Positions 1 to 7,982 of a stretch of DNA of 57,032 bases are shown here, piece after piece; position 1 is the stretch's first letter, and each line of letters opens with the position of its first letter. The notes under the pieces are model-generated. The model was not told the origin of the DNA. It saw nothing but the letters and a program-made list of their open reading frames with translations, and did not search any database. Location of the stretch: contig JBKGZI010000001.1 of NCBI GenBank assembly GCA_046545675.1, positions 1-57,032 of the forward strand, given 5' to 3'. The stretch comes from Persicimonas sp. (GTDB lineage: Bacteria; Myxococcota_A; Bradymonadia; Bradymonadales; Bradymonadaceae). Both the position numbers and the translations under genes were made by a program.

Positions 1-1085
1 CGCTCGATCTGGTCCGCGACGAGGAGCGAAGTGACCGCCTCGTTGCCATGATGCGAAAAGAGGATCAGGCCGAGACCGAGTCGCTGTTGGCCTTCGATCC
101 CGAATCGGCCGGTGGATTGATGTCGCCTGATTATTTCGCCCTCGAGGAGCACACCACCGCGGAAGAGGCGCTCGAGCAGCTTCGACGTGAGGCCGGCGAG
201 GCCGAGATCGTCTTTTACGTCTATGTGGTCAGCGAGCATGGCACGTTGGTCGGAGTCGCCAGCCTGCGTGAGCTGGTGCGCGCCGAGCGCGACCGGCCGC
301 TGCGGGACTTTATGATCCCCGACGTGATCCGGGTCAGCGTAGACACCGACCAGGAAGAGGTCGCCCGGCTGATCGCGCGCTACAATCTGGTGGCGCTCCC
401 GGTCATCGACGACAACAACCGCCTGGTGGGCATCGTCACCGTTGACGATATCATCGACGTCATCCGCTCCGAGGCGACCGAGGATATGCTGTTGATGGCC
501 GGGGCCGGCCAGGAGGATGTCGGTCGGTACAACTCGGTGATGTTCAGCGTCAAGACGCGGCTACCCTGGTTGATTCCGAGCTTTTTGGGCGGGGTGTTGG
601 CGATGCTGGTGGTCTCTTATTATAGCGTCCCGATCGTCGAGATGATCCCGCTGGCCGCGTTCATTCCGGTCATGATCGGCATGGCCGGCAATATCGGCAC
701 GCAGTCGTCGGCCATCGTCACACGCGGCTTGTCGCTGGGAAAATACGACTTCATCGAGCTGGGGCGAGTCGTGCTCAAAGAGCTGGTCGTCGGCGGCGTG
801 CTCGGGGTGGCCTACGGCGTATGTCTGGCGGCGCTGGCGAGTTTGCTGTTTTGGCAGCAATATTCGGTGGAGTTGGTCGGGCCGCTGTGGTTCGGCGCCG
901 CGATGGGGCTGTCGCTGCTGGCCGCCATGGGGGTGGCGGCCAGCGTCGGGGCGTTGGTGCCGATCATCTTCAAGCGGCTCAACCTCGACCCGGCCACCGC
1001 CAGCGGGCCGCTGGTGATCACCACCATCGACGTGCTGGGCGTGTGGATCTTCTTGGCGCTGGCGGTGGTGATTTTGGGGCTCTAA
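1..1085 (+). CDS. mgtE: Magnesium transporter MgtE (5' end lies upstream of the window)
   Basis: Frame 3 is open from base 3 (LDLVRDEERSDRLVAMM...), so the ATG at 48 is internal. A CBS pair (GTLVGVASLRELV, LVALPVIDDNNRLVGIVTVDDIIDVI) is followed by an MgtE-type membrane domain (IPVMIGMAGNIGTQSSAIVTRGL, GPLVITTIDVLGV). TAA at 1083-1085. Confidence 0.85.
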   Translation, partial: LDLVRDEERSDRLVAMMRKEDQAETESLLAFDPESAGGLMSPDYFALEEHTTAEEALEQLRREAGEAEIVFYVYVVSEHGTLVGVASLRELVRAERDRPLRDFMIPDVIRVSVDTDQEEVARLIARYNLVALPVIDDNNRLVGIVTVDDIIDVIRSEATEDMLLMAGAGQEDVGRYNSVMFSVKTRLPWLIPSFLGGVLAMLVVSYYSVPIVEMIPLAAFIPVMIGMAGNIGTQSSAIVTRGLSLGKYDFIELGRVVLKELVVGGVLGVAYGVCLAALASLLFWQQYSVELVGPLWFGAAMGLSLLAAMGVAASVGALVPIIFKRLNLDPATASGPLVITTIDVLGVWIFLALAVVILGL

Positions 1086-1097
1086 ACCCGTGGGGCT

Positions 1098-2363
1098 TCA
1101 ACCCAGCGAGTTGAACTTCTCGGCGAGCGCGCGCGCCTCGAGGATATTGTCCTCGATGGAGCAGTAGGTCCATCCGCCGTAGCGACCGATGGAGTGCACG
1201 CCGCGCAGCGCGAGGATCGAGCTGTAGCGCTCGAACGCCTCACCGGACTGCTCAGTGATGTGAACGTAGGCGGGATCGAGGACCACGTTGTGGTCGGCGA
1301 CCAGCTTGTGGCCTCGGGTGATGCCCGCCTCGTCGAGATCCTCGAGCACCTGCTTCCGCATGGCGTCCACGTCGGGATCGGCGTCCTTGTCGTAGCCGAT
1401 CTCGACGTACAGGCTCATGCGATCATCGTCCATGATATTGTCGTAGAAACCCACCCGATAGAAGCAGTACTTTTTCTCGGGCAGATAGATCCAGTGCACG
1501 CCCTTGGGGCCTTTTTTGTCGAAGCCCAGGTTGAAGACGAGCACCTTGTTGTAGGTGAACGCCTCCGGGTCATGCTCGAGCTGGCTGAGCTCGAGGAGCT
1601 GGTCGAAGGGCGCCGAGGAGATGACATATTCGAAGCTGATCTCTTGGCCGCTCGAGGTGTGGGCGACCTTCGCGTCGAGGTCGAGTTCTTCGAGCGCCTC
1701 GCCGAGCAAGAGGTTGGAGTCGTCGACCTCCGAGGCCAGCGCGTTGACGTACATGATCGCGCCGTTTTTGGGGTAGGTAAACGTCGAGTTATAGGAGACG
1801 TTATCCGGCCGGCGCATATTGCGGATGATGTCTTCGAGGTCGGCGTGCGGAAAGAAGCGGCCCATGGCGTCTCGGTCGAGCTCTTCGAGATCGCAGGCGT
1901 AGAGCTTTTCGTTATAGGGCACCAAGAACTTTTCGCTGATGGCGCGGCCGAACTTCTCGTAGAGCATGCCCTTGAAGCTGTCCGCGCTGAATTCACCGGC
2001 GGACTCTTCGCGAAAGTACAGATCATAGAGACATTCGACGAAGTCTTCTTTGGGAAGCTGGTGGATATTCTTCTGAAACGGGAAGTCCACCAGCACGTCG
2101 TCGTATAAAATCTTGGAGTTCTTCTCGACGGTGATGACCTCGTCGTCGGGCATGCGGTCGCGAAGGTACTGCTCGATGTCGGGATGCTTGAAGTGAAAGA
2201 AATGGCCCGAAAAGTCCCAGACGAAGCCGTTCTTTTTGATCGTCTTGCACCAGCCGCCGATTTCGGGCTCGCGCTCGAGGATTAAATAGTCCTCCGAGTC
2301 GACGAAATTGGCGAAGGCCAGCCCCGACATACCGGCGCCGATGATGAGATACTTCGTATGCAT
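1098..2363 (-). CDS. FAD/NAD(P)-binding amine-oxidase-type oxidoreductase (UDP-galactopyranose-mutase / protoporphyrinogen-oxidase-like fold)
   Basis: ORF track 1098..2444. I trimmed it to the internal ATG that puts the dinucleotide-binding motif at the N-terminus ([18 protein letters not shown]...[10 protein letters not shown]). The 27 upstream codons begin at a TTG and look non-coding. Confidence 0.8.
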   Translation of the reverse strand: MHTKYLIIGAGMSGLAFANFVDSEDYLILEREPEIGGWCKTIKKNGFVWDFSGHFFHFKHPDIEQYLRDRMPDDEVITVEKNSKILYDDVLVDFPFQKNIHQLPKEDFVECLYDLYFREESAGEFSADSFKGMLYEKFGRAISEKFLVPYNEKLYACDLEELDRDAMGRFFPHADLEDIIRNMRRPDNVSYNSTFTYPKNGAIMYVNALASEVDDSNLLLGEALEELDLDAKVAHTSSGQEISFEYVISSAPFDQLLELSQLEHDPEAFTYNKVLVFNLGFDKKGPKGVHWIYLPEKKYCFYRVGFYDNIMDDDRMSLYVEIGYDKDADPDVDAMRKQVLEDLDEAGITRGHKLVADHNVVLDPAYVHITEQSGEAFERYSSILALRGVHSIGRYGGWTYCSIEDNILEARALAEKFNSLG

Positions 2364-2501
2364 GATGGGTCTTGATTCGTAGTTTTTTGGTTCTTGGCGG
2401 TGCGTGCTGGGACGCATCTTGGCTGCCAGGGCTCCAAAAAACAAGAACCGGGATCTTTTGCAAGGAGGGCAGGGCGTTGGAGCGTCAGAGTTCGGGAGGT
2501 T

Positions 2502-3182
2502 CTAGAAACGGACCTTGAGACGCGCGGCCGGCGCGCCGTTCATCCAGGCGGGGATGAGTTTGGCTTGAATTCCGGGGCCATCGTGCTCCTGTTTGGCCAT
2601 AAGGACCACGCCGCCGGTGACCATCGAGCCGCCCACGGCGTAGAGCGTGACGACGATCTTGCGGGCCAGGTCGACTTGCTTGCTGACGTCGCGATACTGC
2701 TCTGGGTCGACGGTGGCCGACATGTCTTCAGACTGGTCGTAGAGCTGTCGGCTCTCCATGTGGTACAGCAGCGCGCCGGTGAAGATGGATGCGCCGGTGC
2801 CGGTCAGGCCCCAGGCCAGGTCGGCGGTGTCGTTGCGCCGGCCGTTATCGTAGTTCAGGACCACGGGCGGAACCATCCCCGGCCTGTCGTCCGACGAGCT
2901 TGGCCAGCGTGGTGGGTGCTGGGCGCTCCTATCGTCGGTCATGGTCGAGTGGCGGCCGGAGGCTGAAATGACCCGCTGGTTGTTGAAGCGGAGGTTCGAC
3001 GGGGAGGTCAGGTCGAAGTTGTCGGCACGCGTGGCGCTCTGGTGGCTGTCGCGAAGGCGCAGCGTATCTGCGGGTTGTTCGGCGGTGGCGTTCGACGCAG
3101 AGATCGACAAGACCAGCATCACGCTCAGTCCGGTCAGGACCGAGAGTCGTTCGGCGATACGTGTGAAAGATGCACCAGGCAA
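2502..3182 (-). CDS. Hypothetical exported protein
   Basis: TTG start preceded by GAGGAG. Signal-like N-terminus (RIAERLSVLTGLSVMLVLSISASNATA), one C-proximal hydrophobic segment, and the protein ends ...RLKVRF. No family recognised. Confidence 0.5.
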   Translation of the reverse strand: MPGASFTRIAERLSVLTGLSVMLVLSISASNATAEQPADTLRLRDSHQSATRADNFDLTSPSNLRFNNQRVISASGRHSTMTDDRSAQHPPRWPSSSDDRPGMVPPVVLNYDNGRRNDTADLAWGLTGTGASIFTGALLYHMESRQLYDQSEDMSATVDPEQYRDVSKQVDLARKIVVTLYAVGGSMVTGGVVLMAKQEHDGPGIQAKLIPAWMNGAPAARLKVRF

Positions 3183-3527
3183 CGCGAACTCCTCACGAAA
3201 GCAAGCCAGAGCATGTGCTCGCCGGGAGCATGATGCTCGTTGGAGTGGTCGATTTGTTGCTTAAAATAGCTAAGGCCCATTTTAGCAGACCGCAGCGCCG
3301 TTGTCTCGGGTATAAAAGTCACCGGCGAGACGCTGCGTTGAATCATGATGCCGACAGGCCTGGCTGTGATCTCAAAGTTAAACTTGCAGGAAATGCCGAC
3401 AAGCCGCAGACACTGCTTGTCTGTCGGCGCCCAGTTTTGCTACGACTGCATGGGCGCGCTGGTAGCCGGACGGTAGTCGGGCGCGGTGCGCAGTTTTTTC
3501 GACGATCCCCGTGGCAGGTCCGATGCG

Positions 3528-3950
3528 ATGAATGATCGAGGGCGACATCTCGAAGGCAACCCGCGCACCACGAACCAGCACAACAGAAATAGGCGAGGCT
3601 GGGTCTATCTGATCTTCGGGCTGCTGCTTTTGGCGTTCACCGCCACGCTGCCCGCAGCTTGTGGCGAGGCCGGCGAGGACATCGAGGACTGTGGTCCCGG
3701 CGAGTTCTTCGACGAGGCCAACGAGCGCTGTGAGTCCTGTCCGGCGGTCTCCGAGCCCCAGTGCGAGCCCGGTTGTGGCTTCGAGTTGGACGACGACGCG
3801 CAGGGATGTCCCGTCCTCGAATGTGCCCAGCCATGCAAGTGCTCCTCGGGCGAGTTCTTCAGCGACGAAACGTTGGACTGCGAGGATTGTGCAGCCTCGG
3901 CCGATCCCCCCGCGATTTGCTTTGAAGACGATCAGCAAGACGATGAGTGA
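3528..3950 (+). CDS. Small Cys-rich lipoprotein with two GEFF-x7-C-x2-C repeats
   Basis: Hydrophobic segment plus lipobox (LLLAFTATLPAAC|G). 13 Cys in the 96-aa mature part. Internal repeat CGPGEFFDEANERCESCPA / CSSGEFFSDETLDCEDCAA. Its TGA overlaps the mutY ATG (ATGAGTGA). Start is uncertain (ATG 3528 or GTG 3486). Confidence 0.55.
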   Translation: MNDRGRHLEGNPRTTNQHNRNRRGWVYLIFGLLLLAFTATLPAACGEAGEDIEDCGPGEFFDEANERCESCPAVSEPQCEPGCGFELDDDAQGCPVLECAQPCKCSSGEFFSDETLDCEDCAASADPPAICFEDDQQDDE

Positions 3951-5124
3951 GTCGTCGACCACGACCGGCGCAGCGTCGGGGCCGGCCGCCATCGAGTTCA
4001 CAGACGCCCAGCGCCGCTCGTTTCGCGCTGGGCTGCTGAGCTGGTACCGGCGCCACCGCCGCGAGCTGCCCTGGCGAGGCGTCGAGGACCCCTATGCCGT
4101 CTGGGTCTCGGAGGTCATGCTCCAGCAGACTCAGGTGGCTACCGTCATCGATTATTACCGACGCTGGCTCGAGCGCTTTCCGAGCGTCGAGGACCTGGCG
4201 CAGGCCGAGGTCGACGACGTCCTCGAGATGTGGGCCGGCCTCGGCTACTACCGCCGCGCCCGCTTCTTATACGAGTCGGCGCAGATGATCGTCGACGAGC
4301 TGGGCGGCGAGCTTCCCAAGACCGCCCGTGACCTCCAGAAACTAAAAGGGGTGGGCCCGTATACCGCCGGTGCGGTCGCCTCGATCGCATTTGGCGAGCG
4401 TACACCGGTGGTCGACGGCAACGTCGAGCGGGTCCTGTCGCGGCTGTGCGCCATCTCCGGCGATCCGAAGTCGACGCCGAATCAGAAGCTGTATTGGCGG
4501 TTGGCTGGAGAGTTGGTCGACCCCGAGGCGCCCGGCGACTTCAACCAGGCGATGATGGAGCTCGGGGCGACCGTCTGCACGCCCCAGAACCCTACCTGCA
4601 TGTTGTGCCCGCTAAGAGAATATTGCGAGGGCTTTGCCAGCGGCGAGCCGAGCGCCTATCCGGATACTGCGCGCCGAGCGCGCCAGCGTGCGATGACCGT
4701 GCACACCGCCGTGATCGTGCGCCGAGGTGTCGACGAGAGCGCTTTTTTGATGGTCAAACGTCCATCAGACGGGTTGCTGGCCGGGTTGTGGGAGTTTCCG
4801 ACCGTCGAGGCCGACGACGCCGGTGCGGCCGACGACCCGTTAGATGCCTACCTGAGCGACGACCTCGGCGCTCGGGCCGCCTGCGACGCCGAGCCGGTCG
4901 AACTCGGAGAGTTCGTCCACCACTTCTCACATATCCGCATGACGATCCACGCACAGGTCCGAGAGGTCGGCGCAGACGACGCCGAGCGGGGCCTGGAGCA
5001 CAGCTTGGATAGGCCGGTCGAGTGGGTGGGGCGGGCCGGGCTCGACGAGCTGGCGATGTCGGCGGCCATGCAGAAGGTCCTCTTGCTCTTCGACGAGCGC
5101 CCGTTGGATAGGGGCCCCCGCTAA
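3943..5124 (+). CDS. mutY: A/G-specific adenine DNA glycosylase MutY
   Basis: Real start is the ATG at 3943 (MSESST...); the 94 upstream codons of ORF 3661..5124 are off-frame overlap with the lipoprotein. HhH-GPD core (VWVSEVMLQQTQV, GLGYYRRA, LKGVGPYTAGAVASIAF). 4Fe-4S loop C-x6-C-x2-C-x5-C (CTPQNPTCMLCPLREYC). NUDIX-like C-terminal domain (GLLAGLWEFP). Confidence 0.9.
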   Translation: MSESSTTTGAASGPAAIEFTDAQRRSFRAGLLSWYRRHRRELPWRGVEDPYAVWVSEVMLQQTQVATVIDYYRRWLERFPSVEDLAQAEVDDVLEMWAGLGYYRRARFLYESAQMIVDELGGELPKTARDLQKLKGVGPYTAGAVASIAFGERTPVVDGNVERVLSRLCAISGDPKSTPNQKLYWRLAGELVDPEAPGDFNQAMMELGATVCTPQNPTCMLCPLREYCEGFASGEPSAYPDTARRARQRAMTVHTAVIVRRGVDESAFLMVKRPSDGLLAGLWEFPTVEADDAGAADDPLDAYLSDDLGARAACDAEPVELGEFVHHFSHIRMTIHAQVREVGADDAERGLEHSLDRPVEWVGRAGLDELAMSAAMQKVLLLFDERPLDRGPR

Positions 5125-5134
5125 AGACCATATC

Positions 5135-7750
5135 TCAGGGCGAGAGCGTCTGGAGTTGGAGGGCTGAGTCGGCGTCACCCTGGTCTTGGAGTTGTTCATA
5201 GACCACCACCGGATACTGGCCGTCTGCCTCGACCACTGGGAAGTGCTTGGCGTTCGACGACGCCTCGACGGGCATGCTGGTGCGGGCAGGGGTGAAGTCG
5301 TCATTGAGCCGAGCCATCTTCAAGGACCATCCCTCAGCGCCGAGCGATTCGAAGACGACCGCAGCGCCCTGCGCGTGGTCGAGCAGCGCCGGACGCCAAT
5401 GCCATTGGTCATATGGGGCAGACGCATCGACGAGTTGTGGGTCGTCGAGGACGATCTCACCGTTCCTCGAGAGGTCAAAGCTGCGATAGCCGATACGCGT
5501 CGCCGGTCGTGTGGTGCGGCCTTCGGTCCAGGCGGCCAGGAATTGGCCGTCTCCCAGGGCCCGAATAGTCGGCGTCGAGTTCAGCGCTTCGACCCCCGAG
5601 GGGACGGCGTCGAGACGAGTCGGCGGCGACCAATTCAAGCCGCCATCGGTGCTCACCGCGGCGAGTACCTCCCAGTGTCCATTCTGAAAGTCGAGCCAGG
5701 TCACCGCGAGAGCCATCTCATCGACGGCCAGGCGCGCGTCCCACTGATTGGACCGCAGCGGCGGGCGGCTGCTCGGCCGCGGCTCGACCGGGGTGTCTAC
5801 GGTGAGCTTGGTGAACGGGTCGCGCAGGCTGGTCTGGCCGTAATAGGCGCGGTTGGCCTCGCCGACGCGCTGAATCCAGCTCAAATGAAGGGAATCCTGA
5901 TGGGCGACCAGTGACGGGTGGAACGCCCAGCGGCCTACCAGGCTGGTGTCGATGATCCGCTGGGCGACGAAGTCATTGGCGTCGGGGTCGAACGCCGCGT
6001 AGAACAGCCGGTTTTCGCCGTCGCCGATGAGCTCGGCGACGATGTGGACCGACGTGTGGTCGGCCGCGATCGAGGGGCGTATCAGGTCGTAGCCGTCGAC
6101 CGCAAGGTCGTGGGATTCATCCTGCCCATCGCCCATCAAACGTTGCAGACGCAACTCGCGCTGGCCGACGACCCCGTTGCTCGAGGCCACAAAGAGCGCG
6201 TCGCCCAGTCGGGTCGCGCTGGGGTGGGTCTGCACGCTGCGTCGACGATCGGGGCCGTCGTTGGAGAGTTCGGCCGCCCACATCCCCTCGACATACTCGC
6301 CCTCGATCGGGTCGCCGGAGCCCGGCAGGAGCTTGGCTGCGGTATCCCGAAGCTCTGCGCGGCGGGCTTCGAGGCTCATCTCGGGGTCGGACGCCACCGG
6401 GTCTTCGACGACCCAGGGGCCGATAAACAGATTGCCCGGTACAGGGCCGCGCTGGCCCACGAAGCGATCTCCGGTCGCGTCATCTGACGGAGGCTGTGCG
6501 GCGGCCTTCTCGATCATCTGGATCTGTCCGTCGAAGGGTCGATCCATGAAGTTGCCGGTCATTTGCGCCACAAAGCCGTGAGTGGCGCGCGGCGAGCGTT
6601 GGACGAGATGCCAGGCGCCGAGCATGAAGACATCGGGCTCCCAGCGCGACGCGCTCTGCGAGTCCTCGGGGGGCGGTTGAATCCAGCCGTCGGCGGAGGA
6701 CTCCGGCTGAAAGATCACCTGCGCGCCCAGATCGTCGAGGCGGTCTTGGACGTCAGGCATCCAGGCGGACTCGGAGATGACCACGCCGGTAGCCCCCCAG
6801 GGGGTGCTCATCGTGTGGATATCGCGAAAATCACCGCTGGCTAGATCGAATTGTTCGATCTCGGTTTGGCTGACGTAGGTCTTGAGCGTCTGGTCGACGA
6901 CGGTTCCGTCGGGGCCGAATAAAACTTGGCGGTTTTGTACCTCGGGAGAGGTCGCCTCGTATGCATAGTCGTGGACGGCGTAGTCGAAGTCGCCCAGCTG
7001 GTCGACTCGTCGCGCGTCGGTGGTCTTCTCGAAGTCGGGCAGGTCGACGGTGGTCGAAATATACAGGTCGTAGCGCTCGGCGAGCTGGCCGAAGGTGTCG
7101 TAGGTCGCTCGCACGACCGTATCGGTCATCGCCAGCAGTGATCGGCTGGCAACCGGGGTGTCCGGAAACTTCTCGCCATAGTAGTTGAACGCCGGCTCGA
7201 CGTCGCTGACCAACGAGGTGAACGCGTTGGCCGAATCATCCATCTGTCGGGCTGAGGCGGCCTTGTCGCCGATGAACAGCATGGGGAGTCCCATCGATTC
7301 GGGAAAGACGACCACCGTGGGACGACTGTCGTCGATGCAGGGGACGACCTTTTCATGGATGAGCCTGTGGATATGCTCACGAAAAGCCGCGTGCGAGTCG
7401 AGCACGTCGAGATCGAGCCGGTAGTTGGGCACGAAGACGCGCGCCACGGCCTCGCGCCGGCCCTCGGCGTTGACGACCTCGGTCGAGCAGCTCGACGATG
7501 GCGGGCCGAGATCGGCAAGGGCGGCGTCGTAGCGTCGCAGGTCGGAGGCGTCGGCGCCGGCATCCGAGGCCGTGTCGAATCCAGAGGCGTCTCGGTTCTC
7601 CGCCTCGCCAGTGTCGGCGCCGGCGTCGTAAGCGGGCCGGCCATTGGAAGCATTGGCTTCGAGCGAGTCGTCTGCGCATCCGAGCGCGAAGAGCCCGGCG
7701 ATCATCCAGGCGGCCAGCAAGATTGTCGGGATTCGAAAAAGCTTCATCAT
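5135..7750 (-). CDS. Large lipoprotein: nitrilase/CN-hydrolase-fold domain (nucleophile position is Ser) plus C-terminal Asp-box (BNR) region
   Basis: ATGATG at 7745-7750 preceded by GGAGA. Signal plus lipobox (LLAAWMIAGLFALGC|A). CN-hydrolase landmarks VVVFPE, LKTYVSQTE and GVVISESAWMPD...GAQVIFQPE. One clear Asp-box, STDGGLNW. Confidence 0.75.
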   Translation of the reverse strand: MMKLFRIPTILLAAWMIAGLFALGCADDSLEANASNGRPAYDAGADTGEAENRDASGFDTASDAGADASDLRRYDAALADLGPPSSSCSTEVVNAEGRREAVARVFVPNYRLDLDVLDSHAAFREHIHRLIHEKVVPCIDDSRPTVVVFPESMGLPMLFIGDKAASARQMDDSANAFTSLVSDVEPAFNYYGEKFPDTPVASRSLLAMTDTVVRATYDTFGQLAERYDLYISTTVDLPDFEKTTDARRVDQLGDFDYAVHDYAYEATSPEVQNRQVLFGPDGTVVDQTLKTYVSQTEIEQFDLASGDFRDIHTMSTPWGATGVVISESAWMPDVQDRLDDLGAQVIFQPESSADGWIQPPPEDSQSASRWEPDVFMLGAWHLVQRSPRATHGFVAQMTGNFMDRPFDGQIQMIEKAAAQPPSDDATGDRFVGQRGPVPGNLFIGPWVVEDPVASDPEMSLEARRAELRDTAAKLLPGSGDPIEGEYVEGMWAAELSNDGPDRRRSVQTHPSATRLGDALFVASSNGVVGQRELRLQRLMGDGQDESHDLAVDGYDLIRPSIAADHTSVHIVAELIGDGENRLFYAAFDPDANDFVAQRIIDTSLVGRWAFHPSLVAHQDSLHLSWIQRVGEANRAYYGQTSLRDPFTKLTVDTPVEPRPSSRPPLRSNQWDARLAVDEMALAVTWLDFQNGHWEVLAAVSTDGGLNWSPPTRLDAVPSGVEALNSTPTIRALGDGQFLAAWTEGRTTRPATRIGYRSFDLSRNGEIVLDDPQLVDASAPYDQWHWRPALLDHAQGAAVVFESLGAEGWSLKMARLNDDFTPARTSMPVEASSNAKHFPVVEADGQYPVVVYEQLQDQGDADSALQLQTLSP

Positions 7751-7982
7751 TTCTCCGCCATCCAATCACATCGGGCGCCACGGCAATGGCGCGTAGCCTT
7801 ATTGTGAGTGAAAATGCAAGCCGAGTACAATAACTAGTTCGCGCCCGGAAACCGGGAAGGAGTCGAGGGTTTTCGGGGGCTGACGAATTCACCGCACGCT
7901 ATGGCCGGGCGCACGCCGTGGCAGGTGGGTTTGCTGTGTGCTACATTTTGAATTCATTGGCGCCACGGACTTCCAAAAGAAA

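Noticed and set aside
3661-3942. 94-codon N-terminal extension of the mutY ORF (MARPARTSRT...).
   Set aside because: It is Ser/Pro/Arg-rich and overlaps the Cys-rich lipoprotein in another frame. The MutY homology starts right after the ATG at 3943.
7919-7934. Sigma-54-like sequence TGGCAGGTGGGTTTGC upstream of the FHA-GAF-HD-GYP gene.
   Set aside because: There are 11 nt rather than 10 between the GG and GC dinucleotides. Sigma-54 spacing is strict, so I do not call it.
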